This document shows positions 18,785-29,095 of a stretch of DNA of 64,000 bases, one piece after another; within the stretch, counting starts at the first letter, position 1; the number at the start of each line of letters is the position of its first letter. Below the pieces are notes generated by a model, which saw only the letters and a list, made by a program, of their open reading frames with translations, searched no databases and was not told where the DNA came from. The stretch is from an uncultured virus (IMG/VR IMGVR_UViG_3300038805_000284) (Duplodnaviria > Heunggongvirae > Uroviricota > Caudoviricetes), in IMG/VR virus record IMGVR_UViG_3300038805_000284, one strand, 5' to 3'. A program made the translations under genes and the position numbers.

Positions 18785-19582
18785 TTATACCAGTTGAATC
18801 CCAAGATAGGGATCATCTGCCGTTGGAACTTGGATTACTTTACCGACAACCGTATTGCTAGCTGAAGATGCAGTGCGATCAAAAAGACCAGCAGCACCAT
18901 CCGCAACATTGCCTGCGCTCACGTTGTCATTGATTGCCCATACCCGAGAAGTAACATACTGGGTAGTCCATACTTCTGCGGGGCCGGTAATGACAGTAAC
19001 TTTCCCACCCTGGATTGACACGTCATCGGGCATGTTCCAAAAGTTCAGGCCATCATTCAGCAATTCAGTTGCAGTCAGCGCATAACTGTAAGAAAGGTAA
19101 ATATCGGTATCTAACGGAATAGATCCTGTACCTGGAACTTGAGCATCGGCATTATCAAAATGCGTAATAGTGTTGGTCGCCGGATTATAGGCGTAGTCAA
19201 GACCTGCACCAGCAGCAGCACCAAGAGCGTACACTGTACCGGTTCCGCCAGGACCTGAAGATAGTCTCACGTTTCTAGCAGTTGAGTTGCTAATAACGTA
19301 AGTATCGCCCTGGGCAGCAAACTGAAACACTTCATCAATTACCAAGCTACGCAGCGAAAGGGTTTTGTTGTACTTTGATACACCAAACATGCCAACATCC
19401 GCACCAGTGTGAGCAACAATCTCACCGTCGGTATTAAGCATAACCGGTGCACCTGCCTCGAATGCAGTTGTCTCGTTTGCCACGTAATTGCCAAAAGCCC
19501 TAAGATAGCTAGTGCGTTGGTGGTCAAGACCGCGAGCAACGACATCCACTCGGAAAGCTTCTCTTTTTCCTGATAGACTCAT
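18785..19582 (-). CDS. Putative head decoration / cement protein
   Basis: Gly/Ala/Thr-rich 265 aa directly upstream of the MCP, with 'GKVTVITG....TTQY...VVGKVIQVPTADDPYLG'. Confidence 0.65.
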   Translation of the reverse strand: MSLSGKREAFRVDVVARGLDHQRTSYLRAFGNYVANETTAFEAGAPVMLNTDGEIVAHTGADVGMFGVSKYNKTLSLRSLVIDEVFQFAAQGDTYVISNSTARNVRLSSGPGGTGTVYALGAAAGAGLDYAYNPATNTITHFDNADAQVPGTGSIPLDTDIYLSYSYALTATELLNDGLNFWNMPDDVSIQGGKVTVITGPAEVWTTQYVTSRVWAINDNVSAGNVADGAAGLFDRTASSASNTVVGKVIQVPTADDPYLGIQLV

Positions 19583-19610
19583 TTCCTCATCCTCCTAATG
19601 TTTGTGGCAC

Positions 19611-21263
19611 CTAGCGTTTCACCACGGAAGCCAGCCTCATTGCTTGCGTTCCTAGCTTTGTTTGACCCATAACGCTTGAAAGTCCACTATCCACTGTATT
19701 GATAGACCGTGAAGGTCTGTAATTCCCGAAATTTCCTTCCCTAGCCTGCTTGTAAAGACGTGAAGACTTAACGGACATATCCTTCTTGTCTTTTACAAAA
19801 TCTTTTTCTTTATCGTCCTCTTTATCTTTATCTTTATCTCTTGACTTTTCAGGCCCTTTGTCTCTAACCTTCTGCTTCTTTAGATCATCCTCAACATCCT
19901 TCAAATACTTATCATCTTTCTTGATAAGATCCGAAGCACGATCTAAGAGTTGGTTTACAAATCCGTCATGAGCCTTAGAAGATACTTCCTCTGAAATCTC
20001 AGCAGCAAGGCCATCATCAATACTTTCTACCAAATCAGAATCCGTAAGAACGTCAAAAACAGCAGCCTTGAAAAGGTGGTCATCATGGTTCAATTGCATA
20101 CGTGTCGAAGCAATTCTCACAGAACGAACAAACTTATCAATGAATGCCGCAACTTTTTTGTCAACTTCTTGTTTGGTACGATTGTTATAAAGTGTCCGCA
20201 TATCAGCTTCCACTCTTTGATAATCAGTCTCGGAACCTTCCTGAACATTATTGCTTGGTTCCTCTAAATCTTCATAAATGTTATCTTCTGCCTGTTCTAG
20301 TACGCTTGAAGTTGACCGGAAGGGTCTTCTAATCGATCTTTTAGCCCTAGTCTTAGCAGACAGTGCCTTTCTGCGTCTTTGGATTCTAGCCCGTCTAACG
20401 GCCCTGGAAACCTTCTCCTTAAAATCGAAGTCTGCATCCTCGTTTACGGTTTCGCCAGGTTTTTCGAGTTCATCCTTAATCAAATCCTCACTACCGTCCA
20501 AAACGGAATCCGGGGCACCAGGGAAATCTTCACGAACATTCACGGAAATATCATCATCAACTCCACCGATAATTTTTGAACCTGATTTTTGAGCAGCCAC
20601 TTTGATACCCTCATTCATTGTCCAAGAAAGAAGCATGTTCGCTTGACGTTTAACGGCATTGTCATTCTTCTTAATGTTTTCTGCGGTGGTGTGGAACATT
20701 ACCGGAATCCCATCTTTTGTGATCATAATGTTTCTATCCGGGGTTACACGGGCTCTTAAATCAGTCATAGCACCTTTAATACCCATAGAAGTCATAGACA
20801 AAGATTCTTCATCATTCCCCTCTTTTAGTTTATCCATGTCCTCTTCATCAAGATCCTTTACAGAAATCTTTTCAACTTTGTCAATAATAGAATCCTTATC
20901 ATCTTTCAAAGGATCTGAATCTTTCGGTTTATCTTCTTTTTTGTCTTCTTTAGGCTTTTCCTCTTTAGGCTTATCTTCTTTAGACTTGTCTTCTTTTTTA
21001 TCTTCAATATCACCAGAACCTTTCATGAAATCAAGAACCAGTTTATAAGCGCTATCGGGATCATTCTCGCTGTTTTTCAAATTATCAAGAAGTTCTGAAA
21101 ATCCCTTGGGGGCCTTTGAAGATAGAACACGGCCTCTAGCAGACCTAAGAAGGTCACGTGTTTCCTTTTCGATAATATCTAACTCAGAAGCAGTTAGAGT
21201 TGTTACGCCCTTCTCATGAATACTTTTTACAGTATTGAATAAATCGATTTTAGGTCCACTCAT
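19611..21263 (-). CDS. Putative scaffold / prohead core protein
   Basis: 550 aa, highly charged and low complexity, between the protease and capsid genes. Confidence 0.6.
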   Translation of the reverse strand: MSGPKIDLFNTVKSIHEKGVTTLTASELDIIEKETRDLLRSARGRVLSSKAPKGFSELLDNLKNSENDPDSAYKLVLDFMKGSGDIEDKKEDKSKEDKPKEEKPKEDKKEDKPKDSDPLKDDKDSIIDKVEKISVKDLDEEDMDKLKEGNDEESLSMTSMGIKGAMTDLRARVTPDRNIMITKDGIPVMFHTTAENIKKNDNAVKRQANMLLSWTMNEGIKVAAQKSGSKIIGGVDDDISVNVREDFPGAPDSVLDGSEDLIKDELEKPGETVNEDADFDFKEKVSRAVRRARIQRRRKALSAKTRAKRSIRRPFRSTSSVLEQAEDNIYEDLEEPSNNVQEGSETDYQRVEADMRTLYNNRTKQEVDKKVAAFIDKFVRSVRIASTRMQLNHDDHLFKAAVFDVLTDSDLVESIDDGLAAEISEEVSSKAHDGFVNQLLDRASDLIKKDDKYLKDVEDDLKKQKVRDKGPEKSRDKDKDKEDDKEKDFVKDKKDMSVKSSRLYKQAREGNFGNYRPSRSINTVDSGLSSVMGQTKLGTQAMRLASVVKR

Positions 21264-22195
21264 TGTTTTTGTCCTTCTGATTTTAGAATTTCATTTAAAA
21301 CCACTGCTAACGAATTCGGAATAACTTTGGCATACCTTGCAGAAAAAGACATCAATTCCTTAATGTCATCTTTCGTAATGGACTTTGAAGCAGCCTTTTG
21401 AATCTGCAAAAGCCCATCTTGAATAACAGCAGTCTTATCAGCAGGATCGGAAACTACCGATAATTCCTGAAAAACTGTGCCAACACATAATTCGCCAGCT
21501 ACCCTGTAAGTGCCATCGTCCATTCTATATTCTCTACGGGCATGTTTATCTCGAACATGATCGCAAAATTGATAAGTCGATGTAGCCACATTTCCGCAAA
21601 TGTTGCAAATAGTAGATTCTACATCGGCACCCATAGAAAAAGTATCGATAGCGCCTGTCTTGTATGCGTCTGCCAATGAAGGATCTTTTGTAGTGTCCAT
21701 TGCAATAATGGTTTCTACAAACCCGTCCTTAGTCGGCTCAAAACCTAAAGTCTTGAAAACATCCTCTTTAACTTCATCTGTTGCATCGTTATCGAGATTC
21801 AAATGAGAATCAAGAACAAACCCCCTCGCCACTTCGTAGCGAGAACTTTGATGTTCTACAAAATGCGGTTTGTTATTATAAGTAGCATAAGTCCTAACAC
21901 CAAACTCAGGCCGAAAAGAAACCAATTCATCATAGGTCCACCCGTCCAAGTTAGCGTTCAGTCTACCAATAGAGTTTGCTCTAGCAGGGATTAACAAGTA
22001 ATCAGAGGGGTCCCTGGAAATCTTATAAGAATCCGCAACCTCATCTAAACGCGCTTCCAAAGAAATGGAAAGGTCAGAAGCAGACTTGTTCATGTAATGA
22101 GATACAAAACTCTCACGTTTGTTGGCTACCTTTCTCCACGAACCCTTATCAAAAAGTCCGAAAGAATTTAGGTATGCTAGTTTATAAAATGACAT
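21260..22195 (-). CDS. Prohead maturation protease
   Basis: 'N.NLDGW..DEL...YATY.NKP.FVEH...RG.VLD...SMGADV....CNICG......CDH...FQELSVVSDPAD..A', a herpes-like prohead protease with a Zn-finger insert. Confidence 0.85.
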   Translation of the reverse strand: MSFYKLAYLNSFGLFDKGSWRKVANKRESFVSHYMNKSASDLSISLEARLDEVADSYKISRDPSDYLLIPARANSIGRLNANLDGWTYDELVSFRPEFGVRTYATYNNKPHFVEHQSSRYEVARGFVLDSHLNLDNDATDEVKEDVFKTLGFEPTKDGFVETIIAMDTTKDPSLADAYKTGAIDTFSMGADVESTICNICGNVATSTYQFCDHVRDKHARREYRMDDGTYRVAGELCVGTVFQELSVVSDPADKTAVIQDGLLQIQKAASKSITKDDIKELMSFSARYAKVIPNSLAVVLNEILKSEGQKQ

Positions 22196-22267
22196 TTACA
22201 CCTTTCCCGTGATAAATATACTGTTAAAGTATACTCCAAATCCATACTTTTTTTTTAAGCAAAAAAG

Positions 22268-22591
22268 TTAATAAGGAAGGATTGTTTTTGAAAAATCTAA
22301 TGGGTTTTCAGTAGGTTGCAGAACACCTTCGCTGTGAAGCCTCCAAGGCCCTTTACAGAGCTTTTTTAGCAAAAAGTCAGAAAGCGTCATAGAGCCGAAA
22401 GATACATTTATTGCCTTTACAGTGTCTTCATTTACTTTAAAAAATTGATCACCTAGAACAACTTTTAATAAGTTATCTACAGACTTCTGTAATGCCTTAC
22501 TGATAGTGTATATCAAAAAAGAGCCTTTGGCGTAATCATGGAAGATGACGCCTATAGGATCATTCGGGTTTGATATTACATAATAATTCAC
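22268..22591 (-). CDS. Hypothetical protein
   Basis: 107-aa ORF in operon orientation. Confidence 0.5.
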   Translation of the reverse strand: MNYYVISNPNDPIGVIFHDYAKGSFLIYTISKALQKSVDNLLKVVLGDQFFKVNEDTVKAINVSFGSMTLSDFLLKKLCKGPWRLHSEGVLQPTENPLDFSKTILPY

Positions 22592-22703
22592 TTTTCCTCT
22601 TCTTTCTTTTCCTTCTTGTCCTCTTCTTTACTTGAAGTGTTGATCTTAATCTTACTTAGATCAATCAGTTCCCCCAGTTTAGCCTTAAATGAACCCGTCT
22701 TTT

Positions 22704-23651
22704 TCATAGAAACCTCCTCTTTTCAATGTCGAAGTAGTTTCCGTTTCTGACTTCGACTTTCCTACCCTTGTAATAAAAAACACCCTTCATATCCACATTA
22801 GATACAAACGGGTTAAACCATGAATCTAAGAAGTCCACTGCATTGCTATTACCGATATAATCACCGTGAACAAGTATTGCGTTTTCTGTTTCGCAAACCA
22901 CTTCACCTTCCCAAGATTCAATCTTTGAGAAGTCTAAAAACTTAATAGGTTTGTCCGATTTATACTTTCTCGAAACCAGTATATCATAAAATTCAATAGG
23001 CATATCAAAATAATCTACACCAAAAATTTGAAAATCACTTTTCATCTTTGGCGGAATCACCGGAATAAATAACCCATCAAAACCTTTATGAAGAAACCGT
23101 GAAGGCCCCATAACTTGATGAAAAGCATCTACGGTATTGATTGTAATGCCCGTTGACGCAGAACAAACAGGGCATTCGCAATTTACGTTATAGTATTTCA
23201 ATTTCTCAAAACGCATATCTGCATATGAAGACAAGTCTGCAATGGTCAGTACCATATTTTTAGACTTAACCTCTAATTTTTTCAATAACGCCCTATCATT
23301 ATCCGTTACGGCCAAGTCAATACCGCTAACAAGTTTCCCATGCCCTCTTAAGGATTTCTCGCTTAAATAACCAAACCTATCAAGAATCTCCATCTTCCTA
23401 TTCACAAACAAATCAAAATAATCTTTCACGGGTTCTTCTTTTTTGTCGAAATCATGAAGATCATCAATTTGAGTGAAATAGTAATCTTCTGTCTTAGATT
23501 TCAAATCAGATACACTTGAAACCCCTGTAATTTGATTAAACGGATTCTTCACAGATTTCATGTCAGAGTAGGAACCTTCCCCTACCAGGAAAGGATCAAA
23601 ATCTAATAATGTTTCATTATCTGTAAGGTGATCTTTACCTGAAGTCATCAA
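22704..23651 (-). CDS. Hypothetical protein (possible minor head / gpF-like)
   Basis: Directly after the portal gene. CECPVC...LH motif is loosely reminiscent of gpF-like proteins. Confidence 0.35.
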   Translation of the reverse strand: MMTSGKDHLTDNETLLDFDPFLVGEGSYSDMKSVKNPFNQITGVSSVSDLKSKTEDYYFTQIDDLHDFDKKEEPVKDYFDLFVNRKMEILDRFGYLSEKSLRGHGKLVSGIDLAVTDNDRALLKKLEVKSKNMVLTIADLSSYADMRFEKLKYYNVNCECPVCSASTGITINTVDAFHQVMGPSRFLHKGFDGLFIPVIPPKMKSDFQIFGVDYFDMPIEFYDILVSRKYKSDKPIKFLDFSKIESWEGEVVCETENAILVHGDYIGNSNAVDFLDSWFNPFVSNVDMKGVFYYKGRKVEVRNGNYFDIEKRRFL

Positions 23652-25414
23652 TCGCCTACCATATCTGAACCAGGGGATTCGATAGGTTCGTTCGAGGGCT
23701 TTCCTGGGTTATCGGAATTTCCAGGTGGAGTCGAAGGAGGCTTCTTACCAGGGGGTGCCTTACCAGATCCTGTAGGTGGTGCCCCGGATCCTGGTGCCCC
23801 AGCCGGTTTTGTCTGTTGGCTTCTTGACTGTTCGAATTCCAACTTTTTGGTTTCACCGAGAGTCTCAGAAAGCACTTCACCCTTTTCAAGAAACTCATGT
23901 GCCATCTTCTTGGTTTCGTCTACCCAATCCAACCCAACAGTTGAACCGATTGTCTGCAAAGATACGTCAAAACCCATGTTCTTGATGGTTTGAAGCGCCT
24001 TTAACATATCATCGTCTACGTTGGAATCTAATTTATTTTTCCAAATAATTTTCGGTTTAATGATCCTACCCTGTTCTTCTGCCTCGCTTGCTTTTCTCTT
24101 GATCTTAATACGGTGTGCAACCTCAGCAGTTGAAGAAGTCTGCCAATCTTGAATATCTATAATAGGTCTAAAAAACTTTGGATATAACCAAACAGATTCA
24201 AAAAATTGACGCATAGACAAAAGGCGTCTCAAAAACACTTGCAAACCTGATTTTGCAGAAGCATAAGACACTTCCCCGGAAAGAAATGATTTTGATAGTC
24301 CTAAAGCATTCAATTTCACATTCTCAATTACGGAATGCTCTTTTGAGATAGTGACACCCCTATCAGTGTTTCCCCATGTCTCGAAGTTGACTCCAAAGTT
24401 TGTTGTAATCCATGCAGCCGGGTCGATTTCAGCTTGCGTAACCAAACTCAACAATCTCTGTTCCATTTCCGGGGAAGGAATCCACCCCGAAGCCTCTGAA
24501 CCGAGTTTCAAAACCTTTAAGGGTGCGGCAGACCTTCTGTAAAGGGCGATAGTGCTGTTATAAACGGCATCCTCAACAACATTGATGCGCCATATACGGC
24601 TAGCCAAAGAAGTCCCTCTAGCCTCATACGGATGCAATTTACGGGCAATAAAAGAACAGTTTAAACTACTCAGTTGAATCTTCTGCCGTGACAATACCTT
24701 GCTGATAAATTCATTAGGAAGTCGCTTCTTTACTTCGTAAATCTCAGGGTCCGTACTGTTAAGGAAATCCCTCAAATCATCATCTGGAACAAAATAAATA
24801 AGAGGATCAAATTTAACCATTGGAGGATCAATAACTTCAATAAAATCAGGGTTATGAAAATTTACATAATCCCAAATACCCAATTCACTGTTAAAAAAAC
24901 AATGCGGAATAGCCTCACCAACAACTAAGTATTCCTTACACATATTTTGAATAACGCTTTGAAGTTGAACCTTTTCGCACATATCCAAAAGAGTGTTACG
25001 GATCGTAGAATCCTGTTCATTCTCCAATGTAATATCAAAATCAGAAGTCATCATTGTTGAATATAATTCAACAGCCGTTCCGAACATCGGATCTGATTTA
25101 TAAAAAAGTCGCCAAAACTTATTGGCTTCTTTTAAGTCTTCCGGATACCATTGCCTATCAGGGCTATCAAAATCCGGTTGGTAAGGTCTTTGAAGGTGGT
25201 AAAAAGAAGACCCACCAGGCGAATTAAACCCGTAAGAGCCTCCCCAAAAGTTTGATTTTTTAATCATTCGATCATCCAAAACGGCACCTTCCGGTAACAC
25301 CGATTCTGCAATACTTCTTCTTACGGAATCGGGATTCGTAGAAATTAAAGAAGGTTTGTGTCCGCTTAAGCGGTTGTTCTTCTGTATGTTCTTGATTTTG
25401 TCCTTAAATGACAT
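23648..25414 (-). CDS. Portal protein
   Basis: 588 aa with 'WRLFYKSDP....AVELYS...EYLVVGEA...HPYEARGTS...LKVLKLG...YASA..GL' and a Pro/Gly-rich C-tail. Confidence 0.85.
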   Translation of the reverse strand: MSFKDKIKNIQKNNRLSGHKPSLISTNPDSVRRSIAESVLPEGAVLDDRMIKKSNFWGGSYGFNSPGGSSFYHLQRPYQPDFDSPDRQWYPEDLKEANKFWRLFYKSDPMFGTAVELYSTMMTSDFDITLENEQDSTIRNTLLDMCEKVQLQSVIQNMCKEYLVVGEAIPHCFFNSELGIWDYVNFHNPDFIEVIDPPMVKFDPLIYFVPDDDLRDFLNSTDPEIYEVKKRLPNEFISKVLSRQKIQLSSLNCSFIARKLHPYEARGTSLASRIWRINVVEDAVYNSTIALYRRSAAPLKVLKLGSEASGWIPSPEMEQRLLSLVTQAEIDPAAWITTNFGVNFETWGNTDRGVTISKEHSVIENVKLNALGLSKSFLSGEVSYASAKSGLQVFLRRLLSMRQFFESVWLYPKFFRPIIDIQDWQTSSTAEVAHRIKIKRKASEAEEQGRIIKPKIIWKNKLDSNVDDDMLKALQTIKNMGFDVSLQTIGSTVGLDWVDETKKMAHEFLEKGEVLSETLGETKKLEFEQSRSQQTKPAGAPGSGAPPTGSGKAPPGKKPPSTPPGNSDNPGKPSNEPIESPGSDMVGD

Positions 25415-25895
25415 TTAAATCCTCAAAAAGAAAATCCAGTATATCCCATTGATGAGAATTCATTTTAACATAGGATGGGATTGTAATCTCATCTCGTTTC
25501 AACTTAAGTAACGGTATTTCAGAATCCATTCCTAAAAATTCATTCCAATCATTCAAGCGGTTCTTGTAATTCGTTAAGTGTTCTTTGTATTTTTCGCTGA
25601 TAGTATTGTAAAGGTTTGAGGACTGTTCTTTGAATTCATCTTTCACATTGCCAGTATCCGGATCTGTAAACGATTTGATAGCCTCTTTTAATTCATTTTC
25701 AAAATTAATAATGTTTTCATCTTTACGCTTCAACTCCCGTTCCATAGACGCAATTCCGTTATACGCTTCGTTTAACTTTGAAACATACTCTTTCAACTGT
25801 AAACGGGTTTTTAATGAAAACTCAAGAGATCTGAACTTATCAGAAGTTAAAAACACGTGCAAAGTAACAATTTCGCAATTCTTCAATTTTGTCAA
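25404..25895 (-). CDS. Hypothetical helical protein
   Basis: 163-aa ORF in operon orientation. Confidence 0.55.
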   Translation of the reverse strand: MTKLKNCEIVTLHVFLTSDKFRSLEFSLKTRLQLKEYVSKLNEAYNGIASMERELKRKDENIINFENELKEAIKSFTDPDTGNVKDEFKEQSSNLYNTISEKYKEHLTNYKNRLNDWNEFLGMDSEIPLLKLKRDEITIPSYVKMNSHQWDILDFLFEDLNVI

Positions 25896-25910
25896 GAGAA
25901 ATATATCCTT

Positions 25911-26495
25911 TCAGATTTGCTTAACCAAGTACGGGGTTTGCCGAAAGATGCTAAGATCCTTAGCAGGGAATTCGGCAGATATGGATAAATGTGAACAATA
26001 AACCCAAATAGGTGCAGGATATGGGTTTGAAATGTTTACGCTTACCCTACCTATCCTCAAATTTAGTGAAAAAATGTCAGACAAACTCTCACCCCCTAAA
26101 TCCAATTCAAACGACATTACATCGGATTTTGAAGGGCCTTCCGGTATAATATATTTGAAGAATTGCGTAGGCAACCCTACAGACGATCCCTTCTTAGACG
26201 CAGACAACAAAACTAACCACTCCACTTCATTATCAGGCCCCCCGTATCCTGCGGTATCTATAAAGGTATGCAACACTACTTTGAAATCCTTACCTACTAA
26301 ACTTTTGTCAAAACTAATAGGGATAATAACTTGAGAATCTAAAAAGTGATCAACCCCACTCCCCATAGTGTCGGTCATTTGCCAAGCAGAAACCGGCATA
26401 CTCGTTACGCCTGTAGGGGGTTTTATCTCGTAAGGCGGATCCGAACTTCCAGGAGTCCTTTCCCAATGAACTTGAACATTCTCAATATATCTCAT
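25911..26495 (-). CDS. Putative virion beta-sandwich protein
   Basis: 194-aa beta-rich ORF in the structural block. Confidence 0.45.
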   Translation of the reverse strand: MRYIENVQVHWERTPGSSDPPYEIKPPTGVTSMPVSAWQMTDTMGSGVDHFLDSQVIIPISFDKSLVGKDFKVVLHTFIDTAGYGGPDNEVEWLVLLSASKKGSSVGLPTQFFKYIIPEGPSKSDVMSFELDLGGESLSDIFSLNLRIGRVSVNISNPYPAPIWVYCSHLSISAEFPAKDLSIFRQTPYLVKQI

Positions 26496-26614
26496 AAATT
26501 TTTACCATAACCTGTTGAAATTGTTGATAAATTTTGCGCGGGTTCAACCTTCGCCAACTGCCCTTGCAGGTTTTCGAGCTTATCAAAGAGCCTTTGAATC
26601 GTCTGCTCGGTCAT
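26492..26614 (-). CDS. 40-aa chimeric ORF at the GC-island junction
   Basis: Manual translation MTEQTIQRLFDKLENLQGQLAKVEPAQNLSTISTGYGKNL. ATGA overlaps on both sides. Confidence 0.35.
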   Translation of the reverse strand: MTEQTIQRLFDKLENLQGQLAKVEPAQNLSTISTGYGKNL

Positions 26615-27792
26615 GGTTTACCTCTCACCAGCAGCGGGTTTTGGCAGACTATTTGAGTGGTGGGGGTGGAGGCGGGGGTGCCGTAGACTTTGGTGGGCTG
26701 GTCCCAGTCGCCGGGAACACCGCCATCTGCCGCCGCTCCGTTGTTGCACCTGGTAGAGCCGTCCCATGGATGCAATAGTGCGTTGCTCAAGTGCACGTGT
26801 GTTTTCTCGCCGGTGCTCGGTAGCGTGGTCCACGGCGTCACGTTGCGATTGCCCCACCATAGGTCCACTAATCGACCCACGTAACCCCGGGCGTTGGCTG
26901 TCTTAGAGTATGCGTATATTGTCGAGCCGATTGGATACGCGCCGCCGTCTAAATTCTGCGGGCCGGAAAGCTGGGCTGTTGTGGAATACTCTGCCGGATA
27001 ACGGTCATTTTCTGCGACTTGACCGGTCAGATACAGCCTGGCGTGGCCAGCGTCTCCGAGGTGGGCGAAGCAGAAGGCGTCGCGATATACGACCGTGGGG
27101 CCAAACTGATTAATTCCGTTGGTGCCGAAGTATCCACCAAACAAAAACACCCATTGATCCGCCGCGCTAAGGGAGCTAGCCGGGTCGCCTAATTTTTCGA
27201 TGGAAAACAGCGTAGCAAAGTCCCCCCCGCTTTCGCTGGAGATCAACAACCGGAATGCGTCCGGCGCCATCGCCCAATGATAGCGGTAGCCGTCGCCGTT
27301 TGGTTTGTAAAAACAAATTGATTTCTCGGCGCTATTCCCAGTATTCTGCGGTAATGCCTGTTCTGTTGCGTTTTCGTTCAGCTCAGGCCTTAGCGCTGTC
27401 GTGCCGGTAGAAAGATCATATCCGCTGCGGCTCCAAAACATCTGCATTTGCATACGGGAGTTGCTGTAGCGATACATTTGCATGGTGAGCTGTCCGATAC
27501 CGTGAGGGAGCTGAAGGACACCCCAAGATTTATCGCCAGCAAACGTTGTTGAAACTCGCCACACCATTTCACTACGGTTTTCGAATTTCCCGTTTTTTAC
27601 CCCATCCCCAGGTAGCGATACTGCATAGCCCGTGCCATCATGCCAGCAGCAACCAAGCGGCACCGCGCCCCAGGCAATCAGCTTGTTGTACAAAAGCCAC
27701 GTAAAATCCTCTGAAGATGTTGGCGGGCTAGACGTCACCAAATTATTGAGATCAAACGTCCACTTCCGCTCTATGGTCGGTAAAGCCGTCAT
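26611..27792 (-). CDS. Putative virion / receptor-binding protein, GC-rich
   Basis: Starts MTALPTIERKWTFDLNN, overlapping the upstream stop. Beta-rich and much higher in GC than its flanks. Confidence 0.5.
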   Translation of the reverse strand: MTALPTIERKWTFDLNNLVTSSPPTSSEDFTWLLYNKLIAWGAVPLGCCWHDGTGYAVSLPGDGVKNGKFENRSEMVWRVSTTFAGDKSWGVLQLPHGIGQLTMQMYRYSNSRMQMQMFWSRSGYDLSTGTTALRPELNENATEQALPQNTGNSAEKSICFYKPNGDGYRYHWAMAPDAFRLLISSESGGDFATLFSIEKLGDPASSLSAADQWVFLFGGYFGTNGINQFGPTVVYRDAFCFAHLGDAGHARLYLTGQVAENDRYPAEYSTTAQLSGPQNLDGGAYPIGSTIYAYSKTANARGYVGRLVDLWWGNRNVTPWTTLPSTGEKTHVHLSNALLHPWDGSTRCNNGAAADGGVPGDWDQPTKVYGTPASTPTTQIVCQNPLLVRGKP

Positions 27793-28868
27793 TATTCCGC
27801 CCTCACTCTCAGCGTAATTTTGACCACGCAAGCCGCAGGGCTGTCGGCTTCAATCGTCAAATTTCCGCCGATCATTTCCATTGAAAACACGTTCCGGTCC
27901 TGCATGTCCTCGGTATCAAGATCATTCCCCGCGTCCCCCGGCCCCGCGTGCTTGTAAACTTCGTTCGCACCGTCCAAAAGCCGCACCGTCACCGCGCTTG
28001 CGTCGCCTGAAATTTTTTCGGCCTTTACAAATGAGCAGATGTACCAGCCAACCGGGAGCGTGTAATTTACCGTAGCCGGGTTATTACCGTCGGGCGATAG
28101 TTCGGCTTCGATGACGATCACTGGCCTGTGAAGCTCGTTGATCGCGCCGACGATGGATTGGCTCTCGGTCTCTAATCCATCCTGGTTATCCTCATCGTCA
28201 ATCGCTATTTCGTTATTGTTCGGCGTGGCGATAAAAAAGCCGTCCTGGTTGACCAGCCAGCCGCCTTGGGAAGTCCAAAGCTCCGCGAAAGCGTCGCCCG
28301 TGTTGTCGACCCCCAACTCAAACTCGGCTGCGCCATTATAGTTTCCTGCGGCCATACGGACAAACGCGGCGTAACCGCCCCCCGGGTCACCTTCGAGAGC
28401 GTTATAAACTCCCGCGAGCGCCCCCTCTGCATCCGCCGAAACCCCCGAAACCCCCGCCACGCCCCCGTATGTCTCCCAGGTCTCCGTGAAAACGGCCGTC
28501 CTAACCTCCCTCCCTGCATCCTCAGCGGCCAACGTGAAGGCATCTCCTGCGACCGTCCAAACGTCGGGTTTCAGCAAAATTTGTGAAGCATTCGAACCAG
28601 TATCTGTAAAATTCAAATTACCCGCATTATCAGTCCACAAGCAACTTTTACCGGCTGCGCCGGGATTATTGCTTACACCCTTAAACTCCACCCCACCAAC
28701 ACCTGTTACCGGGTCACCGTCAATACCTAGTTTTTGCTGAATGGTCTCAATAGATGTTGCCAAACTATTAGGGTGATTGGCCAAAATGTGATCTACCCCA
28801 TCATTCAATTTAGGATCAAAATCATCTAAACTAACCGGATAAACGGAATCTTTCCATTCAGTTGTCAT
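27792..28868 (-). CDS. Putative fibre / virion protein (mosaic)
   Basis: N-terminus 'YPVSLDDF...DHILANHPNSL..SIETIQQKLG' is an anchor-like motif, and 'SIVGAINEL' is a fibre coiled-coil motif. GC rises sharply ~100 codons in. Confidence 0.55.
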   Translation of the reverse strand: MTTEWKDSVYPVSLDDFDPKLNDGVDHILANHPNSLATSIETIQQKLGIDGDPVTGVGGVEFKGVSNNPGAAGKSCLWTDNAGNLNFTDTGSNASQILLKPDVWTVAGDAFTLAAEDAGREVRTAVFTETWETYGGVAGVSGVSADAEGALAGVYNALEGDPGGGYAAFVRMAAGNYNGAAEFELGVDNTGDAFAELWTSQGGWLVNQDGFFIATPNNNEIAIDDEDNQDGLETESQSIVGAINELHRPVIVIEAELSPDGNNPATVNYTLPVGWYICSFVKAEKISGDASAVTVRLLDGANEVYKHAGPGDAGNDLDTEDMQDRNVFSMEMIGGNLTIEADSPAACVVKITLRVRAE

Positions 28869-29093
28869 CTACATTTCTCCGTATTCATAATGGCCTCTTA
28901 AGTATTGCCACACAAATTTCCCCTTGGAAGGTGCCATCATAAAAGCATCGTAAACAGACGAGTCTACACCTGCATACCAGTAAAGTCTACCCTGCCGAAA
29001 CCTAACGTAAAGAACCTGTTCATTCTCATCATAACCAAACGCATCTACGTTTGAAGAGTCTACATCGTACATCGTAACATCTTCAAAAGCCAT
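28869..29093 (-). CDS. KTSC domain protein
   Basis: 'VDSSNVDAFGYD.....LYVRF..G.LY.Y.GV...VY..FM.APSKGKF' is the canonical KTSC pattern. Confidence 0.9.
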   Translation of the reverse strand: MAFEDVTMYDVDSSNVDAFGYDENEQVLYVRFRQGRLYWYAGVDSSVYDAFMMAPSKGKFVWQYLRGHYEYGEM

Positions 29094-29095
29094 TG

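Noticed and set aside
26611..28868. Diversity-generating retroelement target
   Set aside because: I found no reverse transcriptase and no template/variable repeat pair differing at adenines in the window.
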